Positions 1 through 11,400 of a stretch of DNA of 64,000 nucleotides are shown piece after piece (within the stretch, counting starts at the first letter, position 1; each line of letters opens with the position of its first letter). The DNA is taken from positions 63,488,001 through 63,552,000 of the forward strand of contig NC_043001.1 in NCBI RefSeq assembly GCF_006345805.1, in the 5' to 3' direction. The position numbers and the translations under genes are program-made. The notes beneath the pieces are model-generated. The model was not told where the DNA came from and did not search any database. It was given only the letters and a program-made list of their open reading frames with translations. This DNA is from Octopus sinensis (lineage: Eukaryota).

Positions 1-1
1 C

Positions 2-508
2 GAGGCTCTTGCACCCTCCCCCTCTCCTATCAGACGTTCCCCTGCCCACCCGATCGAAACGTTCGTCTAAGACAGCGTTCCAATCCCCAACTAGCACTAG
101 AGTGCGTGACGTTCCCAGGAAAACTTCCAGACGTTTGAAATAATCCGACTGCCCTGCTCCTGTCGGAGCGTAGGCAGCCAGCAGTCTGAAAGCACCGCCG
201 TCACTACCGTCCACGTCGAGGACCACCAACTTACCTTCCGGATCCAAGAAGACTGTCCTTATTTTCAAGTCCAGGCCCTTCCGAAACAACACCGCAGTAC
301 CACCACCGCCCGCTCCCGGCCGACACGGAGATAGAAATATCTCGTATCCGCCGAAAAGGGCTGCGAGTTCCTGCGGGTCGGAGAGCCTGGTTTCACTGAT
401 GGCTGCTACATCCACATCATGAAACCTCAGGTCGTTTAACAGGTGACCCTGTTTCCAAGGTGACCCGAGGCCTCTCACATTCAAGCAACCGATTCTAAGA
501 TTTGCCAT
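2..508 (-). CDS. ORF2 N-terminus: apurinic-like (APE) endonuclease of Tx1/L1 element A (partial, runs off the window)
   Basis: Manual translation from the ATG at 508: MANLRIGCLNVRGLG...AAISETR...LLAAYAPTG...LVGDWNAVLD, which are canonical L1-type endonuclease motifs. Open to the window edge. Confidence 0.85.
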   Translation of the reverse strand, partial: MANLRIGCLNVRGLGSPWKQGHLLNDLRFHDVDVAAISETRLSDPQELAALFGGYEIFLSPCRPGAGGGGTAVLFRKGLDLKIRTVFLDPEGKLVVLDVDGSDGGAFRLLAAYAPTGAGQSDYFKRLEVFLGTSRTLVLVGDWNAVLDERFDRVGRGTSDRRGGGCKSL

Positions 509-547
509 GCTTCAAAAGTAAGGAAAAAAAAGGAGAAGAAAAAGGCT

Positions 548-1334
548 CTACTTACTGTTGTTGATGGTGGGGGTGGCTCCCTTGTGCTTTTGCACGGGTG
601 CTTCCAAAATATTTTTGTACAGTTTCTTAGAGAAACTTTTCCCTAACGATCCCACATCGTTAGGGAATATTTGTTTAATTTCGTTGTATGTTGTTTTGTT
701 TATTTTTATTGTGAGAATGTGTGCTGGTGGTGTGTTTTGTGTTGGTATAACGAAATCCGTTATATTTGTACTTGTTTTTTCTTTCAAATGCTCAACCAGT
801 TCCTGGTTTCTTGTATTTATTGATGTAATTGTGTCTGTGTGGGTTTGTGTCTGTGGCAGTGGCAATTGCAGTAGTGGTGTCGAAAGTGTTGTTGTTTGTT
901 GTTGTGAGTGTGTGTTGTTGATGTTGTTGTTGTTGATGTTGGGAAGCACTATTTGTTCGTGCTTCCCCTGTGTGTCTTTTTGTTTTCTCCTCCTTTTCTT
1001 TTTTGGAGGCACTGCGCTCCATTCTCCTTTGTTGGAATCAGAGCTCGCACAATCCGAGTACTCTTCATCCGGCAAAGGAATAGATGAGGGGTCTGCTTCA
1101 GCAGCAGGACGAAAAGTTGTTGGTTCCGCCGGTATCGGTGGTGCCGCTGCTCCTGTTGCTGTTGATGGTGCCCGCGTTGGTGAGCTCTCACCTTCTCTTC
1201 TTGCTGCTGTCGACCTTCTTGGTACTGGTGTTGGTGTTGGTTTGGTGGTTGTTGTTGTTGGAGGTGGTGTTGTCCGTCTTGGTGCTGGTGATGGTGTTGG
1301 TGGTGTGGCAGCCTTTGGTGCTTCGTGCTGTTTC

Positions 1335-1371
<37 letters not shown>

Positions 1372-2398
1372 GCTGCCTCTTGCTGTATTCCTCCATTCTC
1401 TTTTTTTGAATGGGGCAGTCCCTCTTCAGGTGGCTTTCGCTACTGCAGAGGAAACATTTTGGCTTTCGCCCTCTACAGTAACGTTTAGCCTGGTCCCATC
1501 TAGTAAGATGACAAAGTCAGGTATGGCATTGATGTTTTCCTGCTGGATCTGTACCAGCAGTTCAATACCCATACCTGACCAGTTCTTTTCTCTTACCCTC
1601 CGAACATTTAGAATAGTGGCAGTGTCCTCTATGCCATAGAGGATAGCCGCCACTAGCCATGAGATATTCAGTTCGGGGGGTATTGTATTTATTGTTATTT
1701 TTTGGACCTTACGCCCGAGGTATATCGGAACGAGGAACAAATGTTCATTTTGTAAGGGCGAAATGGCATGCGCCCTTGCTTGCTCCTCTGTTGGGAAGCG
1801 AACCTCCACGGTTCCAAATCGCTTCCCTCTTGTCACATAGCTCTTTTGGCCCCAAATGAGCTTCAGAGCCATTTCTAACTGCTGGGGTGTGGCGTTAACC
1901 AGTCTTTTAGTGTTTTTTTTCGAAAACTTTATAGAAAATTGTTTTTTTATTGGTCTCATGTATGAGTTGTTGAGGTGTGTTGAGGAAAACACTGTTTCCT
2001 TCTTTTCTCAACAACTCTTTTGCCATTTTAAGATCCTCTATCGAAACTTGTATCTCTTCCGAAATCTGCTTCGAAGCTGAAGCAAAACCTTTGGAATTTT
2101 CTTCAATTTTTGTTTCTTTGTTTATTTCTCTCTTATTCATATCATTCCCTTCCTCCCCCTTCGGTACTATAACATTAGTTGAAGGTAGAGGGGGGAAATC
2201 TAAAATGACGTCGCAAGAGACGCCGTCTTTTTTGTTCTTATTTGGAACGCTTTGTTTTTCAACACGTTCCATTGTAATGTTTTCTTTGCCTTTTACGGCT
2301 TGAAATGGGCGGTTCGTAACCTCTGACGAAATTTTTTCTTCTTGTGGAGGGGGTGGTGTTGCAAGGAGGGAAGAGCCAGCAGCTCTTTTTAACGACAT
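548..2398 (-). pseudogene. ORF1 (gag-like nucleic-acid-binding protein) of element A, split by two single-base frameshifts
   Basis: ORFs 1907-2518, 1426-1992 and 548-1396 join. Motifs: VEVRFPTEEQA (RRM-like), CFLCSSESHLKRDC (CX2CX4HX4C) in the 548-1396 frame, and a polyQ/Pro/Thr tail. Confidence 0.85.
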
Positions 2399-2619
2399 TT
2401 TGGAATTGTGTGTGCAAAATAATGTGAATGTCAATAATATAAACAGTAATTTTACCCCCAATGGGGTAAAATTTTGCCTAGCCAACCAGCTCTGTAAAGA
2501 GTTAGTCGGCTTGGCCACACAAATATTAAAAAATATTACAACTCACAAACAAATTTCCAATGAAATTGTCACAAAAATCACGGAGCTTCCGGAGACACGT
2601 CCATCCGCGTTGAAAGAAA

Positions 2620-2620
<1 letters not shown>

Positions 2621-2684
<64 letters not shown>
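2621..2684 (+). repeat. (AAT)n microsatellite between the 5' end of element A and the 3' end of the next Tx1-like copy
   Basis: Perfect AAT run read directly. Confidence 0.98.
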
Positions 2685-2686
<2 letters not shown>

Positions 2687-2689
2687 GAA

Positions 2690-3240
2690 AGAAATAAAGA
2701 AATTATTCTTCTATTAGCCACAAGGGCTCACATGCAAAAACATTAAATGACAATCAACACCATAAAAGACAAAAACAGGACGATACAATGGGTTTTGCAG
2801 CATGTAAACACTATAAATATCAATTAAAACAAATTAAAATTCCCAGTAGGGGTGACGCTTTAAGGTCCTCGTAGAAAAATCCACAAAATTCACGGGAGCC
2901 TGGTCAACAGAGCAAGAGCCCTTCTCCTTTAATTCCTTTTTCATAGGTGCACGCTCAGAACTGGTCCTTTCACACTGGCAATTCTTCCAGAATTCACCCA
3001 CCTTTCAACAAACTTGCTAGAAGACAACACTTCCCTCTCCACCCTCAATTTCCTTTACAAGTGAAACTTGAAAAAGTTGATGTGGGCTTGGCCAAAGAGG
3101 AAAGTGTCTGTCTTTAGCCCTTTCAAACGGGTCCACCATACTACTTCTTTCGCTACGGCCACTAGACAAGTAACAATTGCTTGTCCCTCCCTGACGAAAG
3201 AAGTCGGCGGGGAAATCTTCACAAATGATTCAGCTGATAT
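2690..3240 (-). mobile_element. Tx1/L1-like 3' fragment (ORF2 C-terminus plus 3' UTR)
   Basis: Minus translation VAVAKEVVWWTRLKGLK...FFKFHL matches the ORF2 C-termini of the other copies. The 3' end runs into (TTA)n on the element strand. Confidence 0.75.
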
Positions 3241-3339
3241 TAATTAGGTATGTAACAATTACTAAAAATACTAAAAGAAACCAATTATTAAATGGTTGAC
3301 CTCTGAAAATATTTTTATAAATTCATGTTCTAAGAAATT

Positions 3340-5330
3340 TGTTTCTTTATTGCCCACAAGGGGCCAACATAGTGAGGACAACACAGCCTGATCGGGGTCA
3401 GACACATAGATGAGTATATAAAAGTTTACAATGAAATTGGATGTGAAACGAATGAAATACTACTACCGGCACCTTTCATTAAAACTTATGGTATGCTCAT
3501 GAAGAGTATTTCACACACAACATCCGTGCTACACGCATCCATCTTTGAACATAGTCTCCGATAGGAATCTTTTCTCTAGCCCCACTTTCCTTTTCAGGTG
3601 GAAGGTGAAGAACCTCTTCAACCCAAGACCAGAGATGAAGTTGCCTGTCGCTAATCCTTTCATTCTTGACTTCCATATCAGCTCTTTCGCAATTGCTACA
3701 TCTACGAGAAAACAATTCTTACCTTCTTTCGTGAAGAAATTCGGTGGGTCTATTTTTAGAATTGACTCAGACGACAGCTCTACTCTTCTCGAATCCAACA
3801 ACAGGTGTTCCGCATAAGTCCACACTTCTGACACATCCGGACACTGAACAATAGCGTGCAGGACGGTTTCCCTATCCGGCTCACATCTTGGACAGGCCAA
3901 TGGATCGGGCTGGCCGTGTCTGGTGAGCTTATCCCGAACGGGTAAGGCTCCTCGCTAACATTGCCAGGTCAGAGATTTTTAGAAGTTATCTAGTGTCCTC
4001 GGCCCGAATGTCCTTTGGAACAGACTGTCTAGCTGGTTTATCATCGAGATCCAGGGTCTCCCCCAGAGCATCATCACATCTAGCCTCTACCAACCTGCTA
4101 TAGAAAGATACGGTGGTACCAAAACTACTGGCACTACTCGAGTAACGGAACAGCGGGAGGGTCTTACGGCACTCCGTAAACCATGTACCCAACCTCGATC
4201 TTCGACGAAACCAGCTTTCTCGCCCACCGAAACTAGTGAACCTAGGAGACATCCGTTTCGCAAGCGGAGACCAAACTCGTTCACCATCCAGGAGAAGCCG
4301 GATGTGTCTTAACCTCAGCGCGTGCTTGCGCATCAACAGCCAAGGCATTCCTAGTCCTCCCTTCAACGGCTTCGGATAGCAGAAAGCCTCACAAGTGGAG
4401 TCGAGCCCTTCCACAAAAAGCGGAAGATTTGTCTCTCCAGCTTGCTCAACCACGAATCAAGACAGGGAACGACGGTTAGGCGATAAAAGATGACCGATGC
4501 GATAAACACATTGGCCATCTCCGCCCTCCCTTTCAAGGATAGCCACCGCCAAGACTAGGTCTTGACTATGAGGGTGACCTTGCTCGATACCTCTGCTCAG
4601 TTCTTTTCTACCTGGAGGTCTGGGCCAAACCAGAATCCTAGCAACTTAACCGGACCCTTCGTCCAACATCCCACGACGCTATTCGAAGGCATCGACCTGC
4701 CCCTCCACGTGCCGAGTTGCAAGCCGACTAATTTTTTCCGGTTAATCTTTGCTCCTGCCACCGTCTCGTAAACCTTAATGGCTTCGCCTACCCCCTGTAG
4801 ATGTTCCATCTTGGTCACGATGATGGTGATGTCGTCCGTGTATGCTGAAACCGATCCTCCATCAACTGGTTCCTTCGGGATACCACTCAACTTTCGCAGT
4901 AACGGCTCCAGAGCCATCACATACAAAAGCGACGAGAGTGGACGTCTTTGGCAAACCGAGCGCTTGATACAGAACGGCTTTGAAAGAAAGCCGTTCACCC
5001 GAACGATCGAGACGATGTTGTCATATAACTGTATGATCCACCAGAGGAAGCCAAGACCCAGCCCGAACTGCACTAGAACGGACACCAGGTAGCGATAGTT
5101 AACCCTATCGAATGCTTTAGATTGGTCTAAACAGATCAGAGCCCCGCCCTTGCCAGAATCGTTACCAAACCCTTCTAAGTCGTAACGTATAAGATTGAGA
5201 TTATCCTAGATGCTTCTTTCGGGGACAGCACAAGTCTGTGCCTTGACGATCAGACCATACATGGTACGTGCCAATCTTTTTGCTAACACCTTGGCCAAAA
5301 TCTTTAATTCTGTATTATCTATTCTATCTA
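3340..5330 (-). mobile_element. 5'-truncated Tx1/L1-like element: degenerate RT, C-terminal zinc motif and 3' UTR
   Basis: ORF fragments 4597-5085 (SAYTDDITI, LQLGTWRG), 3986-4453 (GGLGMPWL) and 3529-3900 (CPRC...HAIVQC). The 3' end reads CTTGTGGGCAATAAAGAAA. Confidence 0.85.
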
Positions 5331-5759
5331 AGACTGGGTACTGCTATGTTTTTCTTTACATTTATCTTCGAGTCACTCTCCGAAAACAATCGTTCTGGTG
5401 TATTGCTCCATTTCAAAATGGCAACACACCAAAGTTCGCGCAGAAAAATATTTTGAACAACAACAATTCCCCCTCGCACGGGGGAATTGACAACAATTTG
5501 CTTTACAAAAAAGCAACAAACAGTTCTTTTTTTAAAAAACCAACTATCAACAAGTTTAACAACAACAACAACGATTTTCTTACCTTCAGCAAAACACAAC
5601 CAAACAGTACAAATCCAAACGAATGTTCTAAGAAACTCCTTTCTTCAACATACATGTGGGGACACATAACACGAAAAATAAATAAAATGAAAAATAAAAT
5701 TAAACGTATGATAACATGAATGACACAATGATAATGAAAATGCTCCACCTCAAACAGCA

Positions 5760-6430
5760 TCACTTCCTTTTATCTTTTGAACCACATCTATTTCCGGTGG
5801 AATTCCTTCCACCCTAATCCTGGAAGTCCTTCTTCCCAAATAAGTGGGTAGAAGGACCACTTTGTCTGATTTTACTGTGTTTATCGCGTGTTCCTTTGCT
5901 TTGTCTTCCGTCTTTCAAGACGGAAAATAGTTCCGAATTTATTTCCTTTGGCCAGATACGTTATGTCTTGCCAGACTGAGTACAATGCCTTTTCTATGAT
6001 TCCAGCTTCTACATGTTCTATTTTCTTTTCCTCCACTGAATACATCTTGTATACTACAGTCTTTTTGTCTATTTCTTCTGGAATGGTGACAGCTTAACGT
6101 CCCCACCTACTCTATATGCCATTTTTTTCATATTTTTTCAATATTTGAAAGGTCTATCTCCTTTTTTTAACTTCTGTTACTTCTGCAAAGCTTTTCTTCC
6201 TCAGACATTTATCTATTCTGTCGACTGCAAGAATTAGTTCCTCCTCCGAAGAGGACAATTCGGAATCACAAAGGTCCGAATAGAACATCCTTTTTGCCAT
6301 GGCTTCTCTCGATAAAATCCAGAAAAAGCACAACTAGAAAACCGCTGTAAAGCAGCACAAAGCCAACAATTCAAACAACAGTAACTTCAAACAATAATCA
6401 AACTTCAGCTCACTAGAATGTTCGACGAAA
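5760..6430 (-). mobile_element. 5' end and ORF1 N-terminal fragment of a second Tx1-like family
   Basis: 5' terminus TTTCGTCGAACATTCTAGTGAGCTGAAG is shared with the terminus near 7910. Degenerate ORF1-like translation MAKRMFYSDL...NKFGTI. Confidence 0.6.
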
Positions 6431-6431
6431 T

Positions 6432-7910
6432 TTGTTTCTTTATTGCCCACAAGCGGTTAACGGAAAGGGGACATTACAAGGACATGTGGGGACATAAGAA
6501 AAAAAAAACAAGAAAAGAAACAAAATTTCAAAAACGTATGTTATAATGGATGAAAATTAAAAGTGAGAAATGGAATGAAGCCCCAACTCTGAGTCACTTC
6601 TCTTATACCATTTTCACTTTTTATATTTGGTTCCTGCCAAGACATCAAACTTGTACTCCTTCAATAGATGTACGTAATCCAAATGCTATGGCAATTTTTC
6701 GATATCCAGATCAATTTGCCACATTTCAAGTCCACTTTTAAACTTTTTGATTTTTTCTTTTTGCTTCCCATTTAATAACAGGCTTCAATGAAACCCTTGT
6801 ACATTATCAAATTTATTCGTGTCCACTGATCTTATGTCTTTCCACTTCCTGATCTCCTCGCACAGTTTCTTGTTTGTATTATCATTTAGCATAGTTTTTC
6901 TTTCTTTTCTTCGGGAGGTAGGGAAGTTGAAAGGCTTGTGTCCGTATGTATTTGTTTGTGTGCCAGAGGGGGGGGGTAGGTTCAACGTCTGTAGGCGGTG
7001 GGTGGGAGGAAGAGAGATTGGGTGGGGGTTCTGTGTTTGTTTTACCAGATTTCTTCCTTTTCCTTTTTCTTTTCTTACCGACTGCTTCCCATTCTCCTAA
7101 TTCACCTTTTTCTTCTGATTCTACTGGTAGTGGTGGTGTTACTTCTGTTTTTCTTGCTTATTCTTCCTTCATTTTGTCTCTAAATGTGGCCGCACTTGTA
7201 GCATCGAGGGATCCTGCCCTCTACTCTGACCACCATTATTATGTCTTCAATTGCTATGATCTCCGGTATTTCCTCAATAATCTCTTTCGGTCCTTACCTA
7301 CTTTCTGTCCAAGTTGCCTGGAGAACCGATATCTCTTCTTTATTATCGAGTAAGACAGCAGCTGCTATCCAGGTTGCGTCAACCTCTGGTGGGATTCCTT
7401 CTACACTGACCTTTACCGAGTGTCTTCCATGGTACGTAGGCAATAGCACCACTTCGTCGCTCTTTAAAATAATTGCCGCATTCATCCTTGCCAAGTCTGC
7501 ATCTTTAAATCTTACTTCCATTGTTCCGTACTTGACCCTCATCATTTTTGTATCATCACGCCTCATAATTTTTGTATAACTTCTCCATTCATCCCATTCT
7601 ATTCGGTGCTCTTTAATCTTTGCAATCTCCGCAAAGCTTCTATCTTCTCTCGCCTGTTTTTCTCTTATTCAACGAAATATCTGACTGTTCTGAAGAGGAC
7701 AGTTCTGAGCAGCTGATATCTGAGTCGCTGATATCTTCTAACATTTTCACTTGGCTTACCGTCCTCTATGAGGAGGGAAAGTACAAACAAACTACCACAA
7801 GGCAACACAAACAATAGTGTTCAAAGAATACTACAACAATTAAACAACGGTAATTTTAACCCATAAAACACCAAATAATATAACTTCAGCTCACCAGAAT
7901 GTTCGACGAA
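6432..7910 (-). mobile_element. Internally deleted Tx1-like element retaining 5' end, ORF1 remnant and 3' end
   Basis: ORF 7294-7566 (YGTMEVRFKD...VEGIPPE) and a knuckle remnant (VEGRIPRCYKCGH). 3' end CTTGTGGGCAATAAAGAAA near 6435. No endonuclease or RT core in between. Confidence 0.7.
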
Positions 7911-7912
7911 GT

Positions 7913-8497
7913 TAATTTCTTTATTGCCCACAAGAGGGGACAATACAACTACATGTGGGGACATATAACACAAAACAACATGCATATATTCCACCCTATT
8001 TTGTCTTGATAATCATCTGCACTCACAAACTTTGCTGTTTTCCAACTCGTTACCATCCGGATTAGCTCTGTATTGTCCTCGTCCGTTATTATGCACGCGT
8101 AAGGGGAGGGGAATTTTTTGTGCTTTGTTATGTCTGCGATTCTTTTTTCTTTTTAGCTTGTCTAGGAGGGAAATGGATGGGTTCGATGTCTGTAGGGAGA
8201 GGGTCTCAGAGGGTATGGGTGGGGTGGGCAAGGTTTGAGGGTTCCACATTACACTTTTTCTCTTCTTCCCTTTTCCATCTGCTACTCTCCATTCTTCCTC
8301 TCTTTTCTCCTCTTTTCCTTTTTCCTCCTCTTCCTTCTTTTCCGGCGTTTCTACTGTTGTTCGTTTTTGTAGAGGGCAGTGTGTTTTAAAACAGCGAGGA
8401 GTCTTGCCCTCCACCCACACTTTCAATACTAGTTCACCAATTGACACTGTTTTCGCCAGATTTTCCAGTATCTCCACCGCAGCTTGTATGATCATTC
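7913..8497 (-). mobile_element. ORF1 C-terminal fragment fused directly to a Tx1-like 3' UTR
   Basis: ORF 8013-8495 (KVWVEGKTPRCFK..., basic and Pro-rich tail), followed by the shared 3' end motif at about 7918-7935. Confidence 0.6.
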
Positions 8498-8499
8498 CA

Positions 8500-11400
8500 T
8501 TCGGCCAACAGGCGCATACTTAGAGTAGGCCCATTCACACAGGCCACTCTTCCTACATACACCCACCCTTCGACAAACTTATTGGAGGACAGCACTCCCT
8601 CTCCAGACTCACCTTCCTTTTCAGGTGGAACCTGAAAAAGTTAATGAGGCCTTGGCCAAAGAGGAAGGCACCAGTCTTCAACTCTTTCAATCGCGAACAC
8701 CACACAACCTCTTTCGTCATAACCACCAGAAAAATATTCCTTTCCTTCTCGGCCAAAGGAAGGAGGTGGGGCAATCTTCACGATGGACTCGGACGATAGC
8801 CGGATTCGTCCTTCACGTGACAATAACTGTTCGAATAAGCTCCATAAGTCAGCAATGAGCGGACACTGTAAAAGTGCATGCAAAACGGTTTCTTAGCTCA
8901 GCATTCACCTCAGAGAAGACCGTCTTATAGCACATCCGTGCATATAGAGCTTATCACGAACCGACAGCGCTCCCCCCGCCCCGATAGTGCTGCTAGGCCA
9001 GAGATTTCTGAAAATTACACAGTGGCCCCGACCCGAGAGTCCTCCGGAAGAGACCAGTCAGGTGATCCCTCTCGTCGCTCTTGCCCTCCACTAATCCCCT
9101 ATAGAACTCCAAGGTGGAACTTTCACTGACCGCATTGCTCGAATGGCCAAGGGCTGTGAGCGCTTGGAGACACTCTAGGTGCCAAGCGCCCTGTCTCGGT
9201 CTACGCCTGATCCAGGACTTTAGTTCCGTCAAGGGGACAAGCTGCGGAAAAACTTGCTCAGGTATCGCTGGAGATATCACAACCTCAGCGCATGTCTGTG
9301 CATCATCAGTCACGGCATACCCAATCCTCCACGCAACGGGTGCTGACAGCAAATGGACCGTCTGACAAGCGGTACCCTTCTCCTCCACAAGAAGCAGAAG
9401 AACAAGCGCACCAGGCTGTTTAGTCACGAAGTCAGGCAAGGGGCGACAGTCAAATGGTACTATATAACGGATGCGATGTACGCATTCCCCACCTCTACCT
9501 AACCTTTCGAGAACGGCTTTCTTTCGACCCATTCTTGGGTAAGACTGGCCACCCTGTCTGTCACTTCTCCCCAGTTCTTGTCCACTTGGTGGTCCAGACC
9601 AAACCAGACCCCGAGCAATTTAACCAGTCCTTCCGCCTAGCGCCCCACAACGCAGTCTGCCGGCATGGACCTACTTCTCCAGGTGCCGAGCTACAGGCCC
9701 ACAGATTTCTCCTGGTTGATCATTGCTCCTGTCACCGCTTTGTATTCCTTAGGGTAGTGCCGACCATCTCTATTTTAACGATATCCGACACTATCACGGT
9801 GACATCGTCCGCATACGCTGACACACCTCTTCTGCATCCTAGCTCAGGTGGAATGCCCCTCGAAACATTCAGCTTCCGCAATCATGACTCGAATGCCAGT
9901 ACGTAGAGAGGGGGTGAGAGTGGGCATCCTTGACGGACCGAACGGGCGATGCTAAACGATTCCGACAGGTGGCCATTTACTTTGACCACCGAACATATGT
10001 TGCTGTACATTGCGCCTCGGCTATCCAGGCCCATCGAACGGCTTAGAGCATGTGCCCTAGCTCTGTCAATGCAACCTTCATCTTAGTGTTGAAGAATTGG
10101 TTCAGAACCAATCTCGCTGCCAGCACGCCGGTCGTTATGCCTCTTCTAATTTCCTAACTAGTTCTCCCTCTACTCTAGTATTTTCTATCGCTGATTCCTT
10201 GCTAAATCCTACCGCTTCTACTTAATTGTCCATTTTAGGGCTGCCCACATTCGGTTGTTGACGTCTCCGCCTGTCAATTTTCGATAGACTAACTTAATAA
10301 TCCGGTCTCTGAAAGCTTGGCGCACCAGGAGAGATGTGTTTAACTTCCAGTATCCGGGGCCCTGTCTATGGAGCCCACTTTGGTCGACCATACAGATCAC
10401 AAACTTGTGGTCCGTATAGCTGACAACTTCAAATTGTAGACAACCTATGCTATACTTATCTGTTGATCTACAAAATACCCTATCTAGATAAGATCTGGAT
10501 GACCCAACGCTATTTGCCCATGTCCACATTGGAGCATTTGGGAAATCCAGTCTGAGCCTGTCAGCCAATTGGAAACGACTAAGCAGATTTGCGAGGTTTG
10601 CGCACCCCACTTTCCTGTTAGCTAACCCCACCCAATCCACACGTGCATCTTAAGACAGCGTTTCAGCCACCAACTAACACTAAATAGCGAGATATCCCAA
10701 GAAAGACCCCCAAACTTCTAAAGAAATTCGGCTGTCCCGTTCCAGACGGTGCGTACATAGCGACCAGTCTAAAGGCACTGCCTTCGCTATCATTAACGCC
10801 CAAGACCACCATCCTATATTCCGGGTTCAGGAAGACCGACCGTATCTCGAGATCCAGGCCTTTTCTGAACAACACCGTCCTCCCCATTCCCGGTCGACTA
10901 AGAGATGCAAAGATTTCATGATCATCGAAAATGGGTGCTTAGGCGCGCGTGTCCGAGATCCTAGTTTCATTGGCAGTTATTACGTCTAATTTTCGCAACT
11001 TGAGGTCATTGAACAAGCATCCTTACTTCCAGACGACCCCAGACCGTGTACATTTATACTGCCCATTCTAAGCAATACGATGTTAAGCGATGGGAATGTG
11101 TGATAGTAGGAGAGAGCTACTTACCAAAGCTTTGTAGGGGAGTGGGAGTGTCTACACCGTCCCTCTCGTTGCATGTGGGTTTTTCCCCAGCAGTTCCTTG
11201 TAAAGTCTGATGTTGAGGTCATTTTGAAAGGACTCTCTTAGGAGATATCTAGATTTCAAAACTTTGTAGTCGCTTTGGGTAGCTTTGAATATATTTATGT
11301 GTGCCGATATATTTGTGGTTGGTGTGACATAATTGGATTCGTTAATATCCATGTGTTTGTGGATGTGTTCTATTCGTTTTTTTTTTTGCGTATAGCCGTG

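Larger units (their letters stand above)
1..2620 (-). mobile_element. L1/Tx1-clade non-LTR retrotransposon, 5' half (5' UTR, ORF1, start of ORF2); continues off the left edge of the window (element A)
   Basis: Minus-strand ORF1 with an RRM-like segment and a CCHC knuckle, followed by ORF2 with APE endonuclease motifs. The 5' end abuts (AAT)n at 2621. Closely related copy at 35840-39934. Confidence 0.9.

Noticed and set aside
558-1409. 283 aa plus-strand ORF and similar antisense ORFs over ORF1 of elements A and B
   Set aside because: These are shadows of low-complexity (CAA/CAG) ORF1 sequence on the opposite strand, with no domain motifs.
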